A stretch of DNA of 58,178 bases from Candidatus Thorarchaeota archaeon (GCA_963726195.1 CAVSBO010000011.1:1-58178); one strand, 5' to 3'; shown: positions 18,854-28,880, numbered from the stretch's first letter. Numbers and translations: made by a program. The notes: generated by a model not told the origin, from the sequence alone.

Positions 18854-19517
18854 CTACGTATTCAAGGTCAGTGACAGGCCTCTAATTGTAATCGCCGCAT
18901 CCTCACTTAAGTTTGCCAACTCTTCCAGTTCCATCACGAAGTCCCGAAATCTTAGCACTATAGCCAGTGGGATGGGGCTCGGGTACAACAGACTGACCAC
19001 ATCCCGCCACTGAGCATCTATCCGCTTCTCAATTCTGCATATCTCGTCGGCTTTGACAATCGACGTCTCGATGTTGATGGGTAGAAACCTCACGGCCTCT
19101 CTCTGTTCGGTGACAATCTCATTGACCATCCGTCCCAGCTCTACGACCTTGCTTCTTCAGCTCCCCCTCGGGTACCCAAGAACCCATAACTGCTGCGAGG
19201 TGGTAGCAGCAAATCTCCGAAGCGTCCACGATTTTGTCATTGTAATGGATTAGGCGCAGCAAATCCTCTCTCTGCATAAGTGTGTGAGCCGAGGAGAGAA
19301 CCTTCAGCATCGCGCGCTTAAGCTCATCACCCCTCTCCTCAAGGGCTGTAATCCGAGCCAAGTCATCTTTGCTAATAGTCTTGCGTTGTTCAATCCAAGC
19401 AGTCATCGCACTAGTGACCATCTTTGTCGCTGACAACGCAACTCTGAAGTGCTCGTCGAGCATTTGAGTCACATTTGCTAGTTCGCTACTGTTGAATCGG
19501 CCGGCGTCAAGAACCAT
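18854..19517 (-). CDS. DUF47/PhoU-like helical protein (frameshift ~19130)
   Basis: LEERGDELKR, QREDLLRL..DKIVD and IEKRID...ANLSEDAA repeats. Confidence 0.75.
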
Positions 19518-19601
19518 CCATCAAACCCCTGAGCGCTTCTCGAAGACCGAGATGTTTTTAATCCTTCGGTCTAAGAGCCCAACGCGCACAGGTGCTGAAT
19601 C

Positions 19602-20435
19602 ATGCTGACATGGCAATTACTGGTCGCACTGATGCAGGGGCTGCTTGAATGGTTGCCCGTAAGCAGCCAAGGTCAAATCGTCCTGTACGTCTATAACATC
19701 GGCGCGGTGCCAGTTGATTCGCTTATCGCTCTGGCTGTCTGGTTGCATTTAGGCACCATGTTCTCAGTATTTGCTCGATACCCGCGAGACATTATTCGCA
19801 TCATATCGTTGAGAGATAGGAATCTGTTCAAACTCCTCCTCGTCGCAACGATTGGTACGGCCATCGTTGGAGTTCCCGTATACCTAGTGCGTAAGGTTGC
19901 TTTGGCTTCGATTCTGGGGTCGCGCCTGAACCTTGTTGTAGGTGTGCTTCTGCTGGCGACCGCGGTAATCCTCTATACAAGCAGGGAAAAGATACGACAA
20001 CCGGAGGTTAGTGCCGACAACACTCAGCAGCCGCAAGTCAGCAACGACAACACCTTACAGATCCCCACCAACAAAGTGGCCCTTGTGACAGGACTTGTTC
20101 AGGGCTTGTCGATTCTGCCCGGACTCAGCCGATCTGGAATAACCGTATCGTCGTTACTAATGCAGAAGGTAGACAAGGAAACAGCGCTGAAGTTCAGTTT
20201 CCTGATGAGCATTCCAGCAGTTCTGGGCATCTTCGCCTTAACGTTTCTAACCGGGGACCTAGCGATACCTACTGTGAGTCTCACAGATTTGATTGTTATG
20301 GATTTGATTGCTTTCTCCGTGGGACTTGCATCCATGGAGGCCCTGCTACGGCTATCCAGAAGGGTGAGCTTCTGGAAGCTCTGTGCATTCATCGCAGTCA
20401 TAGCGATTGCCTTTGGCCTTCCGGCTTTCTTCTAG
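19602..20435 (+). CDS. uppP: Undecaprenyl/polyprenyl-diphosphate phosphatase (BacA family)
   Basis: QGLLEWLPVSSQG, HLGT, PGLSRSG and FSFLMSIPA motifs. Confidence 0.92.
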   Translation: MLTWQLLVALMQGLLEWLPVSSQGQIVLYVYNIGAVPVDSLIALAVWLHLGTMFSVFARYPRDIIRIISLRDRNLFKLLLVATIGTAIVGVPVYLVRKVALASILGSRLNLVVGVLLLATAVILYTSREKIRQPEVSADNTQQPQVSNDNTLQIPTNKVALVTGLVQGLSILPGLSRSGITVSSLLMQKVDKETALKFSFLMSIPAVLGIFALTFLTGDLAIPTVSLTDLIVMDLIAFSVGLASMEALLRLSRRVSFWKLCAFIAVIAIAFGLPAFF

Positions 20436-20440
20436 ATCGA

Positions 20441-21158
20441 CTAGTCGGTTCGCTTCTGAAACATCATGGCAATGGGCGCATTAGCACTACGCCACTCAGC
20501 CAATTTGCCTTCGTAGTCAAGAGGAACTGGGTGCCGTCCGTGATTTCCAATCACGATGAAGAACGTGCCAAGCCGGGCTTGTCTAAGGAGAACCTTGATC
20601 CAATTGTCCGTTCTACGCACGATCTTCTCCAAGAGAGTCTTTGGAGGCGTCCTGTGTCCGTACTGTGCATACAAGCTCTCGAAGTCGAGGAAGTGAAGAA
20701 AAAGCAAATCGCTCTTAGAAATGTGCTTGGTTGATTCCACATAGGTTGCCATGTCGTCGTGAGCGCTAACAGTGCAGGTAGCGTCAAGACCGATTGAGGG
20801 CATGTCATCCTCGCGGCAAATAGCCTGCGCATACTTGCCGTAGTCCCTGACATATCGGATCAGATGAAAGGCACTGTTGCCCTGAAGCACCGCGTTTGTC
20901 AGTGAAATCGCATAGGGATCTGCGGTGTCAATGAGAGCAAGCAGTTCCATGTTCTTGAGCAGCGCCTCTGGTTTGTATACGACTGCTTCAAACAGTCCGA
21001 AATTGTCAATCATTACAATTACCACCGCCTTCGGACTGAATCGGCTGAGAATCTCCTCATTCGGTGGAGACAGACTCATCAGGAACCATAATGCCAAGAA
21101 GTCGTAGAACCGTCGACGGAAACTCCTCCGCCGCCATATGGACCTGCGGGAAAGACAT
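20441..21158 (-). CDS. Hypothetical protein, alkaline-phosphatase-superfamily-like (frameshift ~21070)
   Basis: IDNFG, HFLDFE and IGNHG motifs. The N-terminus MSFPQVH is in the adjacent frame. Confidence 0.5.
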
Positions 21159-21339
21159 CGGGGTTGGCAAGACCCTGAAACGCTTAAGCCTTTTCCTTGT
21201 CAATCGAGAGTCTTGCTGGTGTTTCGGGATGAGCGGCAGGCTACTAGTCTCTCAGATACGTTCGGTTCGTTCCAGCCTCGCCTCCTAAACAGTTCCAGCC
21301 TATATGGGTTTACTAGGTATATGTCATACAGATTCACGC

Positions 21340-21464
21340 ATATCTGAAAGGCCTTGCACGCTGAGAGAGACCTGTGTTCTCTTAGGTGTGCACCCTACGG
21401 TCTCAGGAGCCATAAGTACGAGGAGGTCGTTGAAAGCGCTAAAGACATATTCACTCAGCCATGA
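21340..21464 (+). pseudogene. tnpA: IS607 serine-recombinase TnpA remnant
   Basis: MerR-like start (SERPCTLRETCVLLGVHP) joined out of frame to the TnpA C-terminus YGLRSHKYEEVVE. Confidence 0.75.
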
Positions 21465-22713
21465 CCAGGGCGAAGCACTCAACGGTCTAATGGCTGCCTA
21501 CAATGCCATCCTCAACACCATGTTGCAGTCCATCTGGCGGACGATAGAGTGGAAGAAGTACCAGATCAAAGGCAAGAAGCAGTACAGGCTCTACCCAAAG
21601 TACAGGAAGGACAATGCCTTCAAGCGGGAGCTGAGAAACAGGTGCTTGGAAGAGTGGTGCTATGCTGCTCACTGGGTTGACTCCGCCATGAAGACCGCTT
21701 CCAGCATCATGGCTTCGTGGAAAAGGAACTATGACAAGGGCGAGAGAAGAAGGGCATGTCCACGTTCCGGGAGACTATTCTTGCGTGTCAAGCAGACCCT
21801 CCTCAGACTTGAGGGGGACACGCTCAGGATCACCCTGAAGCCACGTGAGTTCGTCTATGTCGACCTCTCCCGACGCTACTTCAAGCTGCCTCACAACGTA
21901 TCCTCCGTGGGCATGGGTGAACCCGTCATCACGCCCAATAGAATATACCTTCCCATCCACGTTACAGAAGAGGAGAAGGAGAGGACTGCTGAGGCGGTAG
22001 CGTGGGACTCGAACATGCTATCCATGGATGGCTACAGCCCTGAGACAGGGTGGGTGAAGATTGACACGAGGAGACTCGTGTCGGCGCATGTATCTAGCTT
22101 CGAGAAAAGGCGCAGCGTACAGAGGAAGGCTTCGAAGTCCAAGCGGATGAAGAGAGTCCTTACAAAATACGCGAGAAGTGAGAGAAACCGTGCCAGAAAA
22201 CATCAAATTGAAATTGCGAGGACGATCCGCGTGTTCTCCATGAGGAGCGGCTTCGAGGCACTAAGAAAGGAGATGATGTACACGCGTTCGAGGACGTGGA
22301 ACCGCAGGCTGGCGAGAACGGACTGGCGGGGAATCATGAGAAGGGTTGCAGAAGGTGGCGCTGTTGAAGAGTTGCCTCCGCAGTTCACCTCGAAGAAGTG
22401 CTCCAGATGCGGGTGGACAAACAGAGACCTAAGAAGAGGAGCGGTCTTCGAGTGCGGGAACTGTGGGTTGCGGATAGACAGGCAGCTCAACGCGGCAATC
22501 AACCTCTACCTGAGGATGGAGGGCGTTCCCCATGAGAAGAAGCGGTGGGATGCAAACATCCTGTCCACACTACTCGTGGGTGGGTACGCCCTGACGGGGG
22601 CGGAGCGGAAGGGAACCGATGAACTCGTGAGGTTCCTAGATGATGCGGTGAAGCCCCAGATCCACGTGGGATATGATAGGTATGCTGACACATACCTACC
22701 TGTGCCTACATAG
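21430..22713 (+). CDS. tnpB: TnpB RNA-guided nuclease family protein, RuvC-III D-to-Q variant
   Basis: AVAWDSN (RuvC-I), GFEAL (RuvC-II), zinc finger CSRCG..CGNCG, DRQLNAAINL. TTG start follows AGGAGG. Confidence 0.88.
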   Translation: MKALKTYSLSHDQGEALNGLMAAYNAILNTMLQSIWRTIEWKKYQIKGKKQYRLYPKYRKDNAFKRELRNRCLEEWCYAAHWVDSAMKTASSIMASWKRNYDKGERRRACPRSGRLFLRVKQTLLRLEGDTLRITLKPREFVYVDLSRRYFKLPHNVSSVGMGEPVITPNRIYLPIHVTEEEKERTAEAVAWDSNMLSMDGYSPETGWVKIDTRRLVSAHVSSFEKRRSVQRKASKSKRMKRVLTKYARSERNRARKHQIEIARTIRVFSMRSGFEALRKEMMYTRSRTWNRRLARTDWRGIMRRVAEGGAVEELPPQFTSKKCSRCGWTNRDLRRGAVFECGNCGLRIDRQLNAAINLYLRMEGVPHEKKRWDANILSTLLVGGYALTGAERKGTDELVRFLDDAVKPQIHVGYDRYADTYLPVPT

Positions 22714-22771
22714 GTTGTAACCCGAAGCATTAATACACACAAGGACCCGAGCCGCTGACGAGGACCAAACA

Positions 22772-23737
22772 TTGCCCCTTGCAGACATAGTCTACAAAGA
22801 CAGCCTTCGATTCATTCTAAGTGGCGGAAAGGGCGGTGTTGGCAAGACAAGCTGTGCCGCAGCCATGGCGCTTCTCTCCGCAAGGCATGATTACAGAACA
22901 CTCGTCCTCTCCACGGACCCAGCTCACAGCCTGAGCGACTCCTTCGATCAGAATCTGAGTGGAGGAGATATCATTCCGATTAAGGGTGTTGACGGGCTTT
23001 CCGGCATGGAGATTGAGACTCAGAAAGCGATGAAAGAGTTCCAGAAGAGTATTGGAGATAGCAGGAGCGGGCCCGAGATGGAGGCAGCCTCGGCGCTTCT
23101 GGGCGACGCGGGAGGATTGACGCCGCCTGGCTCAGACGAAGCGATGGCATTTGGAAAAATGCTTGAGTTCATTGAGGACTCCTCCTATGACCGCATCATT
23201 TTCGATACTGCACCCACCGGACATACTCTCAAGCTCCTTGAATTGCCCGAGCTTCTCGACAGCTGGCTAGGCAAGCTCCTCAGCATGAGACAAAGACTCG
23301 GCTCAATGATGTCTGGTCTCAGAACAATGTTCGGCGGTGCTCAGGAAGAAGATACGTCATGGGAGACTCTGAAGAAGACCAAGGAGAAGATACGTGCCGC
23401 CAGAATCGAATTGTCGGACCCCGACAAGACTCAGTTTGTGGTGGTGTTGATTCCGGAGGCAATGGCAGTCTTTGAGACTCAGCGCTTGCTGGCCAGTCTC
23501 AATAAGTGGCAAATACCTGTAAGCCACCTCGTGGTGAACCAGCTCGTACCGGAGAATGTGGACTGTGTGTTCTGCAGCAGACGCCGAGAGATGCAGCTGG
23601 TCAATCTCGCAGACATAAGAGACCTCTACAGCGATCTCGACATCACGGAAGTGCCCCTTTTTGATAACGAAATCCGGGGTATGGATGGGCTTACTAAGCT
23701 TGGAGACATACTGCTGGGAAGTCAGGAGGAAGCGTGA
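22772..23737 (+). CDS. Get3/TRC40 (ArsA-family) ATPase
   Basis: GKGGVGKT, STDPAHSLSD, DTAPTGHT, a Met-rich insert and CxxC (CVFC); single domain. Confidence 0.88.
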   Translation: MPLADIVYKDSLRFILSGGKGGVGKTSCAAAMALLSARHDYRTLVLSTDPAHSLSDSFDQNLSGGDIIPIKGVDGLSGMEIETQKAMKEFQKSIGDSRSGPEMEAASALLGDAGGLTPPGSDEAMAFGKMLEFIEDSSYDRIIFDTAPTGHTLKLLELPELLDSWLGKLLSMRQRLGSMMSGLRTMFGGAQEEDTSWETLKKTKEKIRAARIELSDPDKTQFVVVLIPEAMAVFETQRLLASLNKWQIPVSHLVVNQLVPENVDCVFCSRRREMQLVNLADIRDLYSDLDITEVPLFDNEIRGMDGLTKLGDILLGSQEEA

Positions 23738-23836
23738 ATGCGTTTCTCAATAAAGAGGAAAATAGGCTCGATATTCTTGATATCACTGTTTGTGCTGTCT
23801 GCTGTTGCAGCAGTCTATCTTCTCTTCAAACCGTAG
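23738..23836 (+). CDS. Unannotated 32-aa single-TM protein (MRFSIKRKIGSIFLISLFVLSAVAAVYLLFKP)
   Basis: ATG directly after the get3 TGA; AGGAGG at 23724-23729; basic N-terminus plus ~21 hydrophobic residues. Confidence 0.6.
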   Translation: MRFSIKRKIGSIFLISLFVLSAVAAVYLLFKP

Positions 23837-23860
23837 CAATTCTGAGCAGGAAGCCCTTGA

Positions 23861-24004
23861 CTACAGTCCTTTGACCCGCTTTACCACTGGTGGGCGGATC
23901 TTGAACAGAATTCGCCCTCCACAGAACGGGCATTTGACTCCGGGCAACGTATGAAGCCCTTCTAGCGTGACTTCGTGTTTGCATGAATGGCAAATGTAGA
24001 CCAT
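23861..24004 (-). CDS. rpoP: DNA-directed RNA polymerase subunit P (Rpo12)
   Basis: YICHSC...KCPFCGGRILFKIRPP. Confidence 0.9.
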   Translation of the reverse strand: MVYICHSCKHEVTLEGLHTLPGVKCPFCGGRILFKIRPPVVKRVKGL

Positions 24005-24129
24005 GATAGCTTCGCTCCAGCCATGATTGTGTGAAGCACGAATAAAGACGGCAGCACACACGCCACTGAGGCCGTCCTCCGTGCTAGCCAAAAGCTGTCC
24101 ATATGAAGCTTTTCTTCTGAAGGTTTTCT

Positions 24130-25736
24130 TCACGACCTTGAGTCTTTCTGCACTATCTCTCCCGTAACAAGGCCAGGACTGAGCACTCCTGTTATCTGGA
24201 CTTTCACCAAGGTCCCCGGTGAATATCCGCCTTCAACAGAGATTATCGGTCCCTCTTCCAGAGGGTATACCATCGTGTTTCCATGCTTGGTCCACGAAGG
24301 CTCTGCTGCCACACCTTGTACAATCCTTCCTATGTACTCCGTTTTCTTTGTGCGATTGATTGTCTCTGCCGCCTTCCGCATTCTGCGGCCGAGTTCATTG
24401 CTGACAGAGGATGATTGGAAATGCTCGAAAGCAGATCTGGGGAGAGGACGAAAGCCGTACAGTATTATTCTCTCGGCTCCTTCACGGCTGACGTCCTTCA
24501 TCAGTCGGATTGACTCCCTCACTGTCTCATCAGTCTCGCCGGGAAGTCCATAGATGAGATACACAAATGGATGCATTCCGTGGGCGCTCGCCACTCGAAC
24601 TGCGCGTACTGCGTCGTCCGGTGTGCCGCATTTTCCTATACGGCGCAGATGCTCAGCCGACCCGGTCTCGATACCTATGTTCGGAGAGATACCTTTCAAG
24701 TGCCTTGATATGGTCTCACCAGCGGCGTCTGTCAGAAGGCAAGCCTTCATGTTCTCTATTCCAAGATGAGCTGAGCCATCTGCAATCTGCGGAATAATGG
24801 CAAGGGAGTCCAAGAGCTCCGAAATGGCTTCGAGATTGGCCGGCGGCTCGCATGGATCTGTGAGGTTCTGCCCTCTCATGTAGTCCAGAAAGTCTGGGGC
24901 CTCGAGAACAATACGTCTTACGCCCGCATCCAGAAGCTCTGTTGTCTCTCTGACAATCGACTCCGCCGAACGGTTTCTGGGTGGACCCCATGTAGCTGGC
25001 ACACTGCAGAAGCCGCACCCGGGGGTATGCCCTCAGGACAATCCATTCTTGTCGCATAATCATCGGAATCACAGTTGCCGCAATCAGAGCACTGACGCCC
25101 ATCAGGCAGCTTCATAACAGTCCGCCTGAAGTTCGAACAGCCGCGGAGCATCTCAACATACACCTTGCTTGCTTGGTAAGCCGGATAATCAACAATCCGC
25201 GTTGTCGAAGGCCTGTAATCGTCCCAGATTTCCTGAGAAGACAACAATGGACGAGAAGCGGTTATGAAACAAGTACCGGAGTCGCAGTAGCCCAGACCTT
25301 TGACAGTGGATAGATTTGTTTCCCCATCCAAGTAACCTTTGGTGATGAGTTCTCCAAGTGTCCTTTCCCCTTCTCCTACGACTAACACATCCGGTTTGAG
25401 TTCTCTGAGAACATGCTGGGGGTCTGAGGCAATTGGGCCGCCCAATAACACTCTGCCGTGTGATTCGAGGCGACGCCAGCCGTTAATGAGTCCTCGAACC
25501 ACGGGAACGTCCATTGTCATCGCAGTGATGGCAAGATGCTGATATTGTCGAAGAGTGCCTTTCTGCAGCAGCAGATCTTCGGCCCTCTTTATTCTGCATC
25601 GGATATCGTGCTTCTCGAAGACGCCTGCTATTGATCTTGGTCCGCACCCAATGGAATCCCTTGAACTCTCTCGGCGGCCAGTACCAGAACTCAGGGCATC
25701 AACGATAAGAACGCTTGACATTTGTCCATGTTGCAT
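24130..25736 (-). CDS. B12-binding radical SAM protein with TRAM-like tail (frameshift ~25010)
   Basis: LGGP, VGEGE, EMLRGCSNF with a Cys-rich insert, IGIETGS and IYGLPGET motifs. Confidence 0.85.
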
Positions 25737-25852
25737 TGAGTCACCGTTCTCTTTATCCTTGCTGAAGGGGTTTAAGATGGAGAAGCTTATATGTTCGAAT
25801 TGAGCACACCCGGTCAGAAATCCGAAAGGAAGAATGGCAAGGAGAATATACT

Positions 25853-26179
25853 CTGAGCACTGACGAGAGCATTTGTCCAAACTGTGGCTTGCCCCTCGAC
25901 CTGTGTGTCTGCCAGACAATAGCACAGGAAGAGGCAAGGATAACTGTGAGCGCAGAACGCAGAAAATGGGGTCGCTTGACGACCGTGATTGAAGGCTTCG
26001 ATAAGAACACTGACCTCGGTCAGATTGCCACGAAGCTCAAAAGCAAACTGGCCTGCGGGGGAGCTGCAAAGGAAGGTCATGTGGAGCTCCAAGGAGACCA
26101 CCGTAGAGTCATCAAGGACATTCTGAGCGGTCTAGGGTTTCCTGAATCAGCAATTGTGGTAGATTGGGCTAGCAGGTAG
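25853..26179 (+). CDS. Translation initiation factor aIF-1 (SUI1); probable CTG start
   Basis: ICPNCGLPLDLCVC, RKWG..TVIEG, LKSKLACGG and ELQGDH motifs. No in-frame ATG/GTG/TTG upstream of the zinc motif. Confidence 0.9.
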   Translation: MSTDESICPNCGLPLDLCVCQTIAQEEARITVSAERRKWGRLTTVIEGFDKNTDLGQIATKLKSKLACGGAAKEGHVELQGDHRRVIKDILSGLGFPESAIVVDWASR

Positions 26180-26298
26180 GTTTTGTACCTACATGGTCTA
26201 GGCCTATCTGGCTGTGGGCGGCCGCGTGCACTGATTCAAATGATTGGAGCTCAATCAGGTGTTTCCAGTTGACGCCAGTCAGGTGATTCGATAACAGG

Positions 26299-27273
26299 TT
26301 ACTCGCCGCCTAGTGACATCGAGTCGATTCCCAGCCGTCTGACCAGCTCTTTGTACCTATTGCGCACAGTAACTTCTGTCACTCTTGCAACCTCCGCAAT
26401 CTCACGCTGGGTCCTTCGCTCGTCCATCATGATTGATGCCACATATATCGCCGCAGCAGCGAGACCAAGAGGATCCCGACCGATGGTAAGCCCCATCTCG
26501 CGACTTTGGTTGAGCAACTCGACCGACCTGAGCTGTACAGGACTTGAGAGCGAGAGTTCAGAAGCAAACCGTGAAATGTAGTCTACTGGGTTGCTCAAGG
26601 GTATCTTGATTTCCAGACTTCTCAACAGCAGACGGTAGCATTGCCCGAGCTTCTTCTTGTCCACCCTCGATATGTCCGCTACCTCGTCCAACGGCCGAGG
26701 CTTCGAACGTATTCTGCAAGCGGCATAGAGAGTAGCAGCAACCATCGCTTCAATGGAACGTCCTCTTACGAGCTTCTGGAGTATGGACTTCCTATAAAGA
26801 AGTGCGGCCAGCTCACGAATCTGCTTTGGAATTCCGAGTTGGGACGACAGCCTCTCAAGCTCGGACATGGCCTGTGCGAGATTCCTATCCATTGAACTGT
26901 GAACGCGAGACCTTATCTGCCACCTGCGAAGGCGATAGATTTCAGACCGACGCGTGGGTGTTAGCTTTCGGCCTGCAGTATCCCTGTCACGCCAGTCGAT
27001 TACTGTTGTAAGGCCTTTGTCATGCACTGTGTAGCGGAGGGGGGCACCAACACGACTTCTCGCATCAGACTCGTCTGAACTGAAAGCTCTCCATTCTGCA
27101 CCCGTGTCAATCCGATGATCTGACAAGACCAAGCCGCAACTGCCACATACGCGTTCCCCTCTGGTTGCGTCCTCGACTACAGAGTTAGATCCACATTCAG
27201 GACATGCGGTGGGTTCTTGCGAATGCTGAGGCTGAGTACCTTTGCCGATAGGCGAACCTCGCATCTGACCCAC
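26299..27273 (-). CDS. tfb: Transcription initiation factor IIB
   Basis: Zinc ribbon CPECG..CGSCG, EWRAF, two cyclin repeats and VTEVTVRNRYKE. Confidence 0.97.
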   Translation of the reverse strand: MGQMRGSPIGKGTQPQHSQEPTACPECGSNSVVEDATRGERVCGSCGLVLSDHRIDTGAEWRAFSSDESDARSRVGAPLRYTVHDKGLTTVIDWRDRDTAGRKLTPTRRSEIYRLRRWQIRSRVHSSMDRNLAQAMSELERLSSQLGIPKQIRELAALLYRKSILQKLVRGRSIEAMVAATLYAACRIRSKPRPLDEVADISRVDKKKLGQCYRLLLRSLEIKIPLSNPVDYISRFASELSLSSPVQLRSVELLNQSREMGLTIGRDPLGLAAAAIYVASIMMDERRTQREIAEVARVTEVTVRNRYKELVRRLGIDSMSLGGE

Positions 27274-27446
27274 CTTCGCTCCTCCTTTCAGGTCCGAGCT
27301 AGCACATGGCTGCCGTCGCTATCAAGAAGAGACAGGTTCTCAAGACAGTCTCCCGGGCCTACATGAACACAAGAGCAAAACCCCTTTTTAAGGATTGAGC
27401 CAAACGGCGGCAATCGTAGACAACAACGGGATTTCCAGCTCTGAAT

Positions 27447-28409
27447 CTATGTAGTTTGTTCGTGGCCATCATGAGTCACAATCAGTGTGTGCTCACTCTG
27501 TGTCACAAGCACGCCTTTCTCCTCGGCTAGGATGTGATGCGCGTAGAGGGCACCACTGAGACGCAGTTCTCGTATTGCCATCTTGAGAGTTGCATGCTTC
27601 ATCCTTTGTGCCATCCAGCGCTCGGCGAATGGGAAGCCCTTAAACTCTTTGCGGGCGATGCTTAGGAATTCCTTCGTTCCTTGAAACCGCACAGGGACCA
27701 TGATTGGAAGAAGCTGATAGATCATTGGGTTCGGAAGATCGGCTACATTACCAGAACCTGTGCTCGCGAAGGTCTCGACTGCGTAGACTTCGCCTTCTTC
27801 CACCAAAACTTCGGACTTACCTGAGACACACGGCACCTGCTTCTCACCGTGTAACTCGTATTCCGAGAGTTGATGGCCTGAGAGCTGCTTGATTGGCATG
27901 AAGCCCGCACTCTTGATAGTGTCTTCAATAAGCGCTCCTATCGAGTTGAGCTTGGCGCCGGGGCGCATTAGCTCGACCGCCACCTTCGTGGCCTCAACAG
28001 ATGCCTTGACCAAGCTTTCATGCTCGGGGCTCAATGCAACAGCGGATGCGGTATCAGAAATGCACCCCTCGACATGCGCTCCGCAGTCCACAGACACGAC
28101 ACCGGTCTCTGGTATCACTGTTTCATCATTCAGGGGCGAGGTGTAATGTGCGGCTATGTTGTTTATTGACACATTGCATGGGAACGACGGACCAGAGGCA
28201 TTAGCCCGGATATAATTCTCAACTGCCTCGACAATATCTATGACCTTCGTACCCGGTTTTACCATCGGACGCGCGACGGCGAGTGCGTCACGAGCTGCGG
28301 CTCCTGCCCGTCTCCAATTCTCCCACTTATCCTCAGGGGCCTTCTTCTCTTCGTTATTTGTCTGCTTCTTTTCAGTCTTTGTCTGCTTCTTTTCAGGCAT
28401 CAGTGTCAC
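27447..28409 (-). CDS. map: Methionine aminopeptidase type II
   Basis: FPCNVSINNIAAHYT, DCGAHVEG..SD, GH, VETF and EHT motifs. Confidence 0.95.
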   Translation of the reverse strand: MTLMPEKKQTKTEKKQTNNEEKKAPEDKWENWRRAGAAARDALAVARPMVKPGTKVIDIVEAVENYIRANASGPSFPCNVSINNIAAHYTSPLNDETVIPETGVVSVDCGAHVEGCISDTASAVALSPEHESLVKASVEATKVAVELMRPGAKLNSIGALIEDTIKSAGFMPIKQLSGHQLSEYELHGEKQVPCVSGKSEVLVEEGEVYAVETFASTGSGNVADLPNPMIYQLLPIMVPVRFQGTKEFLSIARKEFKGFPFAERWMAQRMKHATLKMAIRELRLSGALYAHHILAEEKGVLVTQSEHTLIVTHDGHEQTT

Positions 28410-28484
28410 CGCACGTTGTCAGTTCAATTCGCCCATTGTCCACATTAAAAGACTGACGGAATGTGGAACGTGGAAACCGTACGC

Positions 28485-28880
28485 CTATCTAAGTACCTTC
28501 TCGATTCTGTTGGAGGTCCGTGTCATCGTGAAGAACAGATATCCGAGATTCGCACGTTTGTTGGTTAGCACAGACAGGATTGCATCATCGCCCGCGCTGC
28601 AGATAATAAGGTACCCGGTCTCTCCCTCGACAAGTATCCTCACCAACGCTCCTCGTTCCAGCTGTTTGAAGACCTTTCTAGTCTCCATCTGTATCTGCGT
28701 TGTCCTGCCTGCGATGATATCCTCGTCTGGAACCTTTGGGCCATCCACATCATCCGGGTAATAGGAGCAAATCGTGAGGCCTTGTGATTTCGATATGACC
28801 AGACACGCTTGAATCGTCCCTTGGGAGGCTCTGCTGAGTTCCTTCAAAAGCTCACTCAACATCTCTGTCTTGCTGGACAA
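28485..28880 (-). CDS. Roadblock/LC7 domain protein
   Basis: LERGALVRILVEGETGYLII..AGDDAIL..NLG pattern. Confidence 0.85.
   Translation of the reverse strand: MSSKTEMLSELLKELSRASQGTIQACLVISKSQGLTICSYYPDDVDGPKVPDEDIIAGRTTQIQMETRKVFKQLERGALVRILVEGETGYLIICSAGDDAILSVLTNKRANLGYLFFTMTRTSNRIEKVLR

Larger units (their letters stand above)
21293..22720 (+). mobile_element. Non-autonomous IS607-family element (internally deleted tnpA + tnpB)
   Basis: tnpA remnant, tnpB, and imperfect inverted end motifs (21296-21325 vs 22687-22717). Ends approximate. Confidence 0.75.

Noticed and set aside
22772-23737. Arsenite-efflux ArsA
   Set aside because: Single domain, no ars operon neighbours, and a Get3-type CxxC and Met-rich insert.
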